64,000 nt of DNA from Patescibacteria group bacterium (lineage in GTDB: Bacteria; Patescibacteriota; Patescibacteriia; UBA2591; UBA6264). Each line of letters begins with the position of its first letter. Position 1 is the stretch's first letter. The stretch covers positions 202,678 to 266,677 of the forward strand of contig JAIPGN010000001.1 of NCBI GenBank assembly GCA_021735685.1. The letters are read 5' to 3'. Made by a program: the position numbers and the translations under genes. The notes beneath the pieces are model-generated. The model did no database searches, had not been told where the DNA came from, and saw nothing but the letters and a program-made list of their open reading frames with translations. This document shows, in pieces, positions 27,856 through 36,811 of the stretch.

Positions 27856-30717
27856 ATGGCTGGAAATACAAACGAAAAAGAAAAAGAGATTTTGAAGTTT
27901 TGGCAAGATAATCAAACTTTCAAAAAATCAATTAGAGATGAAAATTCTTCTAATTTTGTTTTTTACGAAGGTCCGCCAACTGCTAATGCTGCTCCGGGGA
28001 TTCATCATGCTGAAGCTCGTGCTTTTAAAGATGTAATTTGTCGTTACAAGAGCATGAAGGGTTTTCGAGTTTTACGAAAAGCAGGTTGGGATACGCACGG
28101 CTTGCCAGTGGAAATTCAAATCGAAAAAGAACTGGGATTAAAGGATAAAAAGGGGATTGAGAACTATGGTTTAGAGAAATTTAACAAAAAGTGCCGAGAT
28201 TCAGTTTGGCGTTACAAAAAAGATTGGGAAGCCTTAACTAAAAGAATGGGTTATTGGTTGGATATGAATAATCCTTATATTACTTATGAGGATAATTATA
28301 TTGAATCAGTTTGGTGGATTTTAAAGCAAATTTGGGACAAGGGTTTACTTTTTCAAGACTATAAGATTGTTCCTTTCTGCCCGCGTTGTGGAACTACTCT
28401 TTCTAGCCATGAATTAGCGCAAGGCTATCGTTTAGTTAAAGAGCCCTCGGTTTATTTGAAACTTTTAGTGGAAGGTCAAGAAAATACTTATCTTTTGGTT
28501 TGGACTACTACGCCTTGGACCTTGCCGGGTAATGTGGCTGTGGCCGTAAATCCGCACTTAAACTATGTTAAGGTTGAACAAGGAGGAGAAAAATATATTT
28601 TAGCTAAAGACACCTTGGTCTGTTTGGGCGAAGGAGAGCACGAGATTAAGGAAGAATTTCTAGGAAAAGATTTAATTGGGTGGAAATATAAAGCTCCCTA
28701 TGCGGTTAAGCCCGAAAAAAAGGAAAGAATTTATGAAATCCTAGAAGGAGATTTTATTACCTCGGAAGAGGGGACGGGTTTAGTTCATATTGCCCCAGCT
28801 TTTGGTGAGGATGATTATCAATTAATTAAATCACAGGAAAGTCAATTTGCTTTTTTAATGACAGTTGATGGAAAAGGAAATATGAAGACCCCGAATTATG
28901 CTTGGGATCAGATGTTTGTCAAAGAAGCTGACCCTTTAATCATTAAAGACTTAAAAGAAAGAAATATCTTGTTCAGGGAAGAGCTTTATGAACATGATTA
29001 TCCTTTTTGTTGGCGTTGTGACACTCCTTTAATTTATTACGCCCAATCTTCTTGGTTTATTAAAATGACTGAGTTGCGGGAAAAACTAATAGCTAATAAT
29101 GAAAAGATAAATTGGATTCCTCAACACCTGAAAAAGGGACGTTTTGGTGAATGGTTACGCGAAGTTAAAGATTGGAATCTTTCTCGGGAAAGATATTGGG
29201 GTACTCCTTTACCTATTTGGCAATGCGAGAATAAAGAATGTAATCATCAGCAAGTAATTGGTTCAATTCAGGAGTTAAAAGATCTTTCTGGTCAAGATTT
29301 AACTGACCTCCATCGTCCCGCCATTGATGAAGTGATTTTTTCTTGTAAGAAATGTGGTTCAAAAATGCACCGAGTGCCAGAAGTAATTGATTGTTGGTTT
29401 GATTCTGGCTCAATGCCTTTTGCTCAACAACATTATCCTTTTGAAAACAAGGAATTAATTGACCAGGGTCAGGCCTTTCCCGCTGATTTTATTTCCGAAG
29501 GAATTGACCAGACTCGTGGTTGGTTTTATACTCTTTTGGCAATTTCTACTTTATTAGAAAAGGAGCCAGCCTATCGTAATGTAATTACAGTTGGCATTAT
29601 TCTAGATGAAAAGGGGCAGAAGATGTCTAAGTCCAAAGGCAATATTGTGATTCCAAAAGAAGTAATAGAAAAAGTAGGAGCTGATTGCTTGCGTCTCTAT
29701 TTCTATACCCTTAATCAAGTAGATCAATCTAAGAAATTTTCTCAACAAGATTTACAAGACTTGCATCGTAAATTTTTCTTTACCTTAAATAATTGTTTAA
29801 GTTTTTGGAAAATGTACGAAGGCGAAGAAAGCAAACAAGATTTGAATTTAGAAAAAGTAAGTCATGTTTTAGATCGTTGGATTATTTCTCGTTTACAGAG
29901 CGTCATTCAAAAAGTTAACGAAAATATGGATAAATATGACGTGGTTTCTGCAGCTCGTCTTTTTTTGGACTTAGTTGATGATTTGTCTAATTGGTATATT
30001 CGTCGCTCACGTTCTCGGTTCCAAAAACCAAACACTCCCCAAGAAAAAGAAGAGGCGAGTCTGGTTTTGCGCTATTTACTTTTAGAGGTTGCCCGTTTGC
30101 TAGCTCCGTTTACTCCTTTTGTGAGTGAGGAAATTTATCAGATTTTAAAAAAAGAAGAAGATGTAAACAGTATACACTTAACTGACTATCCTCAGGTCCA
30201 AGAAAAATATCCTGATCAAGAGCTAGAGAAAAATATGGCTCAAGTTAAAAACGTGGCCAGTTTGGGTTTGGCCGAAAGGGTTAAGGCCGGAATTAAAGTT
30301 AAGCAACCTCTTTCTCTTTTAAAAGTTTCTGACAAAGAAATAAAAGACTCTTCAGAGTTATTGGATTTGATTAAAGAAGAGATTAATGTAAAGGCAGTGC
30401 AAGTTGATTCAGAATTAAAAGAAGGAGTTTGGTTAGATTTAGAGCTAACTCCCGAGTTAAAAGCCGAAGGGCAAGTGCGAGAAGTGGTGCGAGCAATTCA
30501 ACGCATAAAGAAAGAAGCTGAGGTTTGCCCTCAAGACCAAGTGCAAGTAGCTTATCAAACCGAAGATTTGCAAGAGCTTTTAGAGAAATACCAGGATTTA
30601 ATCAAAAAGGAAACTCGAGTAGAGTTTATTGATTTACAGAAAGGAGAATTTTCCCAAGAAAAGAAAATTAAAATTGATGATAAAGAAATCACTCTTTATT
30701 TAAAGGTTGCGAAATAA
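27856..30717 (+). CDS. ileS: Isoleucine--tRNA ligase (type 2)
   Basis: FYEGPPTANA.PGIHH, GWDTHGLP, WTTTPWTLP, DQTRGWF, KMSKS; ATG at 27856 preferred. Confidence 0.97.
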   Translation: MAGNTNEKEKEILKFWQDNQTFKKSIRDENSSNFVFYEGPPTANAAPGIHHAEARAFKDVICRYKSMKGFRVLRKAGWDTHGLPVEIQIEKELGLKDKKGIENYGLEKFNKKCRDSVWRYKKDWEALTKRMGYWLDMNNPYITYEDNYIESVWWILKQIWDKGLLFQDYKIVPFCPRCGTTLSSHELAQGYRLVKEPSVYLKLLVEGQENTYLLVWTTTPWTLPGNVAVAVNPHLNYVKVEQGGEKYILAKDTLVCLGEGEHEIKEEFLGKDLIGWKYKAPYAVKPEKKERIYEILEGDFITSEEGTGLVHIAPAFGEDDYQLIKSQESQFAFLMTVDGKGNMKTPNYAWDQMFVKEADPLIIKDLKERNILFREELYEHDYPFCWRCDTPLIYYAQSSWFIKMTELREKLIANNEKINWIPQHLKKGRFGEWLREVKDWNLSRERYWGTPLPIWQCENKECNHQQVIGSIQELKDLSGQDLTDLHRPAIDEVIFSCKKCGSKMHRVPEVIDCWFDSGSMPFAQQHYPFENKELIDQGQAFPADFISEGIDQTRGWFYTLLAISTLLEKEPAYRNVITVGIILDEKGQKMSKSKGNIVIPKEVIEKVGADCLRLYFYTLNQVDQSKKFSQQDLQDLHRKFFFTLNNCLSFWKMYEGEESKQDLNLEKVSHVLDRWIISRLQSVIQKVNENMDKYDVVSAARLFLDLVDDLSNWYIRRSRSRFQKPNTPQEKEEASLVLRYLLLEVARLLAPFTPFVSEEIYQILKKEEDVNSIHLTDYPQVQEKYPDQELEKNMAQVKNVASLGLAERVKAGIKVKQPLSLLKVSDKEIKDSSELLDLIKEEINVKAVQVDSELKEGVWLDLELTPELKAEGQVREVVRAIQRIKKEAEVCPQDQVQVAYQTEDLQELLEKYQDLIKKETRVEFIDLQKGEFSQEKKIKIDDKEITLYLKVAK

Positions 30718-30726
30718 CTGAAAACG

Positions 30727-30755
30727 TTTACTTGGGAGCCGAGCTTCTAAGTAAA
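30727..30755. repeat. REP-like palindrome, GGAGCCGAGCTCC family
   Basis: TTTACTTGGGAGC-CGA-GCTTCTAAGTAAA; second copy at 30985-31005. Confidence 0.75.
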
Positions 30756-30758
30756 TAG

Positions 30759-30804
30759 TTGTCCACAGGGGAGGGGTTGCTAAAAAATAAAATTTTATTA
30801 AAAT
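30759..30804 (+). promoter_or_regulatory. DnaA-like box + sigma70 promoter for a small RNA
   Basis: TTGTCCACA-9nt-TTGCTA-16nt-TAAAAT. Confidence 0.65.
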
Positions 30805-30809
30805 AAACT

Positions 30810-30881
30810 ATGGTGCTTGTCACGAACTTCGGTTCTTTGGTTTTCGTAAGGTTCGCCTTTCGTTTACCAAGCAAGCACCAT
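30810..30881 (+). ncRNA. Putative 72-nt three-way-junction RNA
   Basis: P1 ATGGTGCTTG/CAAGCACCAT, GAAC-TTCG-GTTC, TTGGT/ACCAA, AAGG-TTCG-CCTT; homolog at 62983-63054 with compensatory changes. Confidence 0.75.
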
Positions 30882-30984
30882 TTTTTATTTCCGAAAATGG
30901 AATTGTAAGTCGAAAAAATGACGAGAAAAAAGATTTAGCTTGTTAAGCTGCTCAAAACATTTCTGGGCGGCTTCTTTATATCTA

Positions 30985-31005
30985 CTTAGGAGCCGAGCTC
31001 CTAAG
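30985..31005. repeat. REP-like palindrome, GGAGCCGAGCTCC family
   Basis: CTTAGGAGC-CGA-GCTCCTAAG, perfect arms. Confidence 0.8.
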
Positions 31006-31106
31006 AGCTGCCTAGGTCCGACCTCGACAGGAAAGTAAATAAAAAAAAGACGCAAAGAGTAAAATCAAAGCATCTTTTTTATTGATTTAAGTATTTGAAT
31101 TTGTTT

Positions 31107-31805
31107 TTAGCTGGAATTACTATTAGCTTCCATTATTTTTTCATCTTTATCCACAGCTTTTTTGACCTTGTGGCGATAAGCATAAAATTGATAGATAGTG
31201 AAAATAGCCATGGAAGAGATAATAATGCCAATAACATTTAAGCTAAAAAGATAAAGCGATTGACGGGTAATTAAATTATTAGAAGTGGAGAGAGCTAGCC
31301 CCAAAGTACTTAAAGGAGGAATGAGGGCTACAGAGATAGCTACACCTGGCATGGATTCATTCATGTGTGGTCGAACCGTGGCTAAAGTTCCGGCTAAGCC
31401 GGAAATAATAGCAATAATGAAATAAGAGACTAGAAAATCTTCCGAGAAAAGGAAAAAGTTTTCTAAAACTTGAGCTTTTTTTATAAAAATAAAACCAACC
31501 AAAGCGCTAACTGCTACGCAGATGGCAAAGGATTTTACAATTGTAGCCAGAGAACGCAAAGTTAACTTAGGGTCCAGAATTACTATCCCTAGACCTAGGC
31601 TTAGTACGGAATAAAGCAGGGGAGCAACCAACATGGCTCCAACTAGAATAGCGGTATTATTCATAATAATCGCAAAGCTGGCGATTAAACTAGACAAGGC
31701 AGTCATGATAAAAAATTCTCGACGAGGTGAACTGTTTTCAATGAGTCTTTCAATGGTTTCGTTTTGTTCGTTATTGGTAATATTATTAAAAAGTTTCTTA
31801 AACAT
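31107..31805 (-). CDS. TIGR00341/DUF389 family membrane protein
   Basis: ILVGAMLVAPL, SGLAG, PGVAISVALIPPL. Confidence 0.88.
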   Translation of the reverse strand: MFKKLFNNITNNEQNETIERLIENSSPRREFFIMTALSSLIASFAIIMNNTAILVGAMLVAPLLYSVLSLGLGIVILDPKLTLRSLATIVKSFAICVAVSALVGFIFIKKAQVLENFFLFSEDFLVSYFIIAIISGLAGTLATVRPHMNESMPGVAISVALIPPLSTLGLALSTSNNLITRQSLYLFSLNVIGIIISSMAIFTIYQFYAYRHKVKKAVDKDEKIMEANSNSS

Positions 31806-31856
31806 ATTTTCTTTATTTTAATTGTGATTAGCTTTAATTTATGATAATATATAAGT

Positions 31857-33860
31857 ATGATTAAGGCAAGTTGGGAAAAATTTTTAAGAATTATTATTAA
31901 ATTAGGGAGCGGGGCAATTTTATTTTTGCCTCTTTTTGTTTATCAACCAGTGCTTTATCCTTATATCTTTTCCAAGATTATTGTTTTTCAGATAATTGTA
32001 GAAATTCTTTTGGTGACTTGGCTTTTTCTTTTAATTTATGGCCCTCGAAAATATCGGTTAAATTTTCGCCAGCCATTTTTATTATCTCTAAGTATTTTTA
32101 TTTTAGTTTTAATTATTTCTTCTTTGGCGGGGGTAGATTTGTCCAGAAGCTGGTGGAGTATTCAAGAAAGAATGACGGGGATAATTACTTTGCTCCATTT
32201 TTATCTTTGGTTTTTGATTTTAGCCAGTGTTTTTTCGCAAAAAAAAGATTGGCTTTTCTTAATTAAAACTACTTTAATCTCTTCTTTTTTAGTGGGGCTT
32301 TATGGTTTAGGTCAAAAAATAGGATTTTCTTTTCTTTTGAAAGATGGAGCAACTCGGATGAGTGCTACTTTGGGTAATCCTGATTTTTTAGGAGTTTACT
32401 CCTTGCTTCATGTTTTTTTAGCGAGTATTTTATTTATTGAAACCAAAAAAATCTGGAAATTTTTGGGCGTTTTTCTAGCGCTTTTTAATTTAGTAATTTT
32501 ATTTTTAGCTGCTACGCGGGGAGCTATTTTAGCCTTGGGTTTTGTCATTTTTGCTTTACTTTTTTTCTTATTTTTCTGCGGGAAAACCAAAAAGATTTTG
32601 AAAGTTTTTTTATTGATTCTTTTTTTGATCTTAATTGGAGCTGGTTTATTCTTGCGAGCTAGTCAAGAACAAGAATGGTTCAAAAAAGTGCCTCTGCCTA
32701 TTAAAAGAATGACAAGATTAAGCCCCAGCGAAAATACAACGCGGCTAAAAGCTTGGCAAATTGGCTTACAAGCTTTTCAAGATCGTCCTTTTTTGGGTTG
32801 GGGGGTTGATAATTATAATGTAGCTTTTAATCGGCATTATGATCCTTGGTACTTAACCAAGGGCGATAATGCTACTTGGTTTGATAAAACCCATAATCAA
32901 GTTATTGATCTTTTGGCTTGTACGGGAATTTTGGGGACTTTGGCTTATTTAAGTATTTTCTTTTTTCTCTTATGGTTTTTAAGGAAAAAATATTTAGAAT
33001 CTAAGGCTACAGAGATTCGGGCTGGGCCATCGGCCTTTTCTATTATTACCTTAATCCTTCTTTTTGTTGCTTATTTTATTCAAAATTTATTTGTTTTTGA
33101 TACACCGAGTTCCCTGATTCTTTTCTATTTTGCTTTGGCTTTTAGCTATTTTATTTTGCAATCAAGAACAGCAGAGCCGGTTCAAGACAAGAAAAATGCT
33201 TTTCCCTTGCCGCTGCTTATATTTTTAATTCTTCTCATTATTCCTTGGTTAATGTTTAAAGTTAATCTTGAGCCTTGGCAAAAAAGTAAATTGGGGATAA
33301 GAGGAGTTCATTTCAATAGTCTTGATTTTCCGGCCGGTATGAAATGGTATGGTCAGGCTTTAGAGGGTTCGTCTTTTGTTGATGATGAAATCAGATTGCA
33401 ATTAGCTAAGCAAATTTCTGAAAAGCATGCCGAGGTGGATCAAGAAACCACAGATGCGGATTTACAAGTTTTAGCTCAGGCTACAGAATTAACTATTTTA
33501 GAATTTGAAGAAAGTATTCAGGCTCACCCCCAAGATGTTCGCTATTTTTTGTTTTTAGGACAATTATATAATTTGGCCAGCGTTTATCGTCCGGAATATT
33601 TAGAAAAGGCTCAGAAAATTTTAGAAAAAGCCCAAGAATTATCGCCGCGCCGTCAGCAAATTTATTTTGCCTTGGGTCGCACTCATCTAAGCTTGGGTAA
33701 TTATCAGAAAGCTCAGGAGCTTTTTCAAGAAGCTTATTTATTAGAGCCCGGCGCAGGATTGGCTCGTAATAATCTTATGAAAGTTCTTAGGATTTTTAAA
33801 GAAAATAATGTTGATTTGGCAACAGATTTAGAAAATTTTATAATTGAGGAAAATTGGTAG
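31857..33860 (+). CDS. O-antigen ligase-family protein with C-terminal TPR repeats
   Basis: ATLGNPDFLG, ATRGA, RPFLGWG, DKTHNQ..D; TPR-like helices at the end. Confidence 0.88.
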   Translation: MIKASWEKFLRIIIKLGSGAILFLPLFVYQPVLYPYIFSKIIVFQIIVEILLVTWLFLLIYGPRKYRLNFRQPFLLSLSIFILVLIISSLAGVDLSRSWWSIQERMTGIITLLHFYLWFLILASVFSQKKDWLFLIKTTLISSFLVGLYGLGQKIGFSFLLKDGATRMSATLGNPDFLGVYSLLHVFLASILFIETKKIWKFLGVFLALFNLVILFLAATRGAILALGFVIFALLFFLFFCGKTKKILKVFLLILFLILIGAGLFLRASQEQEWFKKVPLPIKRMTRLSPSENTTRLKAWQIGLQAFQDRPFLGWGVDNYNVAFNRHYDPWYLTKGDNATWFDKTHNQVIDLLACTGILGTLAYLSIFFFLLWFLRKKYLESKATEIRAGPSAFSIITLILLFVAYFIQNLFVFDTPSSLILFYFALAFSYFILQSRTAEPVQDKKNAFPLPLLIFLILLIIPWLMFKVNLEPWQKSKLGIRGVHFNSLDFPAGMKWYGQALEGSSFVDDEIRLQLAKQISEKHAEVDQETTDADLQVLAQATELTILEFEESIQAHPQDVRYFLFLGQLYNLASVYRPEYLEKAQKILEKAQELSPRRQQIYFALGRTHLSLGNYQKAQELFQEAYLLEPGAGLARNNLMKVLRIFKENNVDLATDLENFIIEENW

Positions 33861-33902
33861 AAATGTTATAATTAATTAAGTTTAATTTTAAATAAATTAA
33901 GT

Positions 33903-35192
33903 ATGAGCAAAATAGCCAAAATAAAAGCACGGGAAGTTTTAGATTCCCGCGGTAACCCCACCGTGGAGGCAACTGTTTTTTTGGAAAATAGTATTCAAGG
34001 AAAAGGTATGGTTCCTTCGGGGGCTTCAACCGGTAAACACGAAGCTGTGGAATTAAGAGATCAAAATCAAAGTCGTTATTCGGGAAAGGGAGTATTGAAT
34101 GCTTGTCAAAATGTAGAAAAAATTATTGCTCCAGTTTTAGTTGGTCAAGATGTAGATTTGATTAAAATGGATCAGAAGATGTTATCTTTGGATAGCACTA
34201 AAGATAAATCTAAGCTGGGCGCTAATGCTATTTTGGCGGTTTCTTTAGCCTTGGCTCGTGCTGAAGCTAAAGAAAAAAAATTACCCCTTTATCAATACTT
34301 AAGAGAAATATATCAATTGCCTTTAGTTGAATATCAATTACCAACTCCTTTATTTAATATTATTAACGGAGGTATTCATTCTGATTCTGGTTTAAGCGTG
34401 CAAGAGTTTATGGTGATTCCTCTTTCTCCAAAAACTTTTCGGGAAAAAATGAGAATAGGAGCAGAGGTTTTTGGAGCCTTGAAAGAGATTTTAAGAAAAA
34501 AGGGTTTGACTTTTGCTGTTGGAGATGAAGGAGGTTTTGCCCCAAAATTAAAAAACACAGAAGCAGCTTTTGATTTATTGGTAGCGGTTTCCGAATTCAC
34601 TAAACATACTTTAGGAGAAGAGATATTTTTTGGAGTTGATGTGGCCGCTTCTGTCTTTTTTCAAGAGAAATCGAAAAAACCTTATTTATTTGAAAATAAA
34701 AAGAGAAGCAGTGCGGAAATGGCTAAAATTTATTGGAAGTGGGTCAAGAAATATCCTTTGCTTTTTATTGAAGATCCTTTTGCTGAAGACGACTGGGATC
34801 CTTGGACTTCCTTAACTGCTAAGATTAATAGCTTGGAACAAGGTATTTTATTGGTTGGTGATGATTTATTTACTACCAATATTGAAAGATTGAGAAAAGG
34901 GATTGAAAAATCTTCGGTTAATTCTGTTTTAATTAAACCCAATCAAATTGGCACCTTAAGCGAGACCATAGATTGCATTAATTTAGCTCGGAAGCATAAT
35001 TACAAAGTGGTCATCTCTCATCGTTCCGGAGAAACCAATGATTCTTTTATCGCTGATTTAGCCGTAGCAGTTAATGCTGACTTTATCAAAGCTGGTGCTC
35101 CGAATAGAGGAGAAAGAATAGCTAAGTATAATCGATTAATGGAGATAGAAGGCGAATTATCTAATTTGTCGCAAGCACCAAAAAGAAAATAA
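33903..35192 (+). CDS. eno: Enolase
   Basis: DSRGNPTVE, VPSGASTG, GDEGGFAP, SHRSGET, ERIAKYNRL. Confidence 0.98.
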   Translation: MSKIAKIKAREVLDSRGNPTVEATVFLENSIQGKGMVPSGASTGKHEAVELRDQNQSRYSGKGVLNACQNVEKIIAPVLVGQDVDLIKMDQKMLSLDSTKDKSKLGANAILAVSLALARAEAKEKKLPLYQYLREIYQLPLVEYQLPTPLFNIINGGIHSDSGLSVQEFMVIPLSPKTFREKMRIGAEVFGALKEILRKKGLTFAVGDEGGFAPKLKNTEAAFDLLVAVSEFTKHTLGEEIFFGVDVAASVFFQEKSKKPYLFENKKRSSAEMAKIYWKWVKKYPLLFIEDPFAEDDWDPWTSLTAKINSLEQGILLVGDDLFTTNIERLRKGIEKSSVNSVLIKPNQIGTLSETIDCINLARKHNYKVVISHRSGETNDSFIADLAVAVNADFIKAGAPNRGERIAKYNRLMEIEGELSNLSQAPKRK

Positions 35193-35231
35193 AAGAATTG
35201 TATTTAATAATTTTTTAACAAGTTAGAAAAA

Positions 35232-36803
35232 ATGAAAAAACAAGATCAACGAGCTATGTTGATTATCTTAGATGGTTGGGGCGTGGGTCTAAAAAGTAAA
35301 GGAAACGCGATTGAGATGGCCCAAAAGCCCTTTTTTGATAGCTTAAGAGCCAAGTATTCTTATACAGAAATTTGTGCTCATGGTTTAAAGGTTGGTCTTC
35401 CTCAAGGGCAACCAGGCAATTCAGAAGCTGGTCATTTGAACTTGGGTGCGGGAAGAGTTATCGAAAGTGATGCTGTGCATATTGATAGTTTGATTAAGGA
35501 CGGAAGATTTTTCAAAAACCCTGCTTTTTTAGAAGGAATTAGCCATTATCAAAAAAATAAATCGCAAGTGCATTTAATGGGTTTAGTTACTGAAGAAAAC
35601 AGCGCTCATTCTTCGCCAGGTCATTGGTTGGCGATGCTTAATTTTTTAAAAGAAAAAAAGGTGCCAAAGGTTTTTTTGCATCTTTTTACTGATGGTCGTG
35701 ATTCTTCGCAACACGCGGCTATTAGGATTTTAGAAAGATTTGAGGCTAAAATTAATGGCAATGGCTCTCCTTTGAAAGTGGAAATTGTTAGCATTGTGGG
35801 GCGTTTTTATGCCATGGATCGAGTTCAAGAATGGAGTAACATTGAGAAAGCGTATCAGCTTCTTACGGAAGGAGAGGGCTTCCAAGCCAGTAGTGCGGCT
35901 GAAGCGATTGTTAGCGCTTATAACCGGAAAGAAACCGATGAGTTTGTTAGTCCGACGGCAATTGTTGATAAAAAAGGAAAACCTCAGGGTTTGATTAAAG
36001 ACAAGGATTTGGTTTTCTTTATGAATTTACGTTCTGATCGAGCCAGAGAGTTAAGTAAAGTTTTTGTTCAGAAAGATTTTGAAAAGAAAAATTCCAAGGC
36101 TTTTTCACGAAAAAAGTTTTTAGAAAATTTGTTTTTTGTAGCTTTAACTGATTTTGGGCCAGATTTAGGTCGAATTCGAACTGCTTTCCCGAGCCCAAAA
36201 GTTGAAGAAACTTTGCCTTTTTGTCTGTCTTCTCGCCAGCAATTATATGTAGCCGAAAGTGAAAAATATGCCCATATTACTTTTTTCTTTAACGGAGGAT
36301 ATGATCATGTGGTTGCTGGAGAAAAAAGAATAATTGTTCCTTCGCCAGCAGTTGAGTCTTATGACCTTCAGCCAGAAATGAGCGCCGAGAAATTAAGTGC
36401 CAAAGTTATTCAAGAAATCAATGCCAATCAACCTGGTTTTGTGGCCCTTAATTTCGCTAATCCAGACATGGTTGGGCATACTGGTAATTTGATTGCCGCG
36501 ACCAAAGCTGTTGAATGCGTTGATCGCAATTTAAAGAAAGTAGTAGCTTGCGCTCAGAAAAATAAATACTCTGTAATTATTACTGCTGATCATGGAAATG
36601 CTGAAGAGATGATTGATTTAAGGACTGGGGAAATACGTACTACCCACACTATTAATCCCGTTCCTTTTATTTTATTTGGTCCAGATCTTAAGTCGGTTCA
36701 ATTAAAGAAAGACGGTTCTTTGTCTGATGTGGCGCCGACAATTTTAGAAATTTTAAATGAATCAAAGCCGCCAATAATGAAAGGGCGAAGCTTAATTAAG
36801 TAA
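35232..36803 (+). CDS. gpmI: 2,3-BPG-independent phosphoglycerate mutase, copy 1
   Basis: ILDGWG, GNSEAGH, DGRD, GRFYAMDR, NPDMVGHTG, TADHGNAE. Confidence 0.95.
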   Translation: MKKQDQRAMLIILDGWGVGLKSKGNAIEMAQKPFFDSLRAKYSYTEICAHGLKVGLPQGQPGNSEAGHLNLGAGRVIESDAVHIDSLIKDGRFFKNPAFLEGISHYQKNKSQVHLMGLVTEENSAHSSPGHWLAMLNFLKEKKVPKVFLHLFTDGRDSSQHAAIRILERFEAKINGNGSPLKVEIVSIVGRFYAMDRVQEWSNIEKAYQLLTEGEGFQASSAAEAIVSAYNRKETDEFVSPTAIVDKKGKPQGLIKDKDLVFFMNLRSDRARELSKVFVQKDFEKKNSKAFSRKKFLENLFFVALTDFGPDLGRIRTAFPSPKVEETLPFCLSSRQQLYVAESEKYAHITFFFNGGYDHVVAGEKRIIVPSPAVESYDLQPEMSAEKLSAKVIQEINANQPGFVALNFANPDMVGHTGNLIAATKAVECVDRNLKKVVACAQKNKYSVIITADHGNAEEMIDLRTGEIRTTHTINPVPFILFGPDLKSVQLKKDGSLSDVAPTILEILNESKPPIMKGRSLIK

Positions 36804-36811
36804 TATTTTTT

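Noticed and set aside
30810-30881. Small RNAs as tRNA, hammerhead ribozyme or plain terminators
   Set aside because: No cloverleaf or canonical T-arm, and no CUGANGA/GAAA core. A terminator alone would not explain the conserved upstream promoter, the multibranch fold, or the copies lying antisense to flanking genes.
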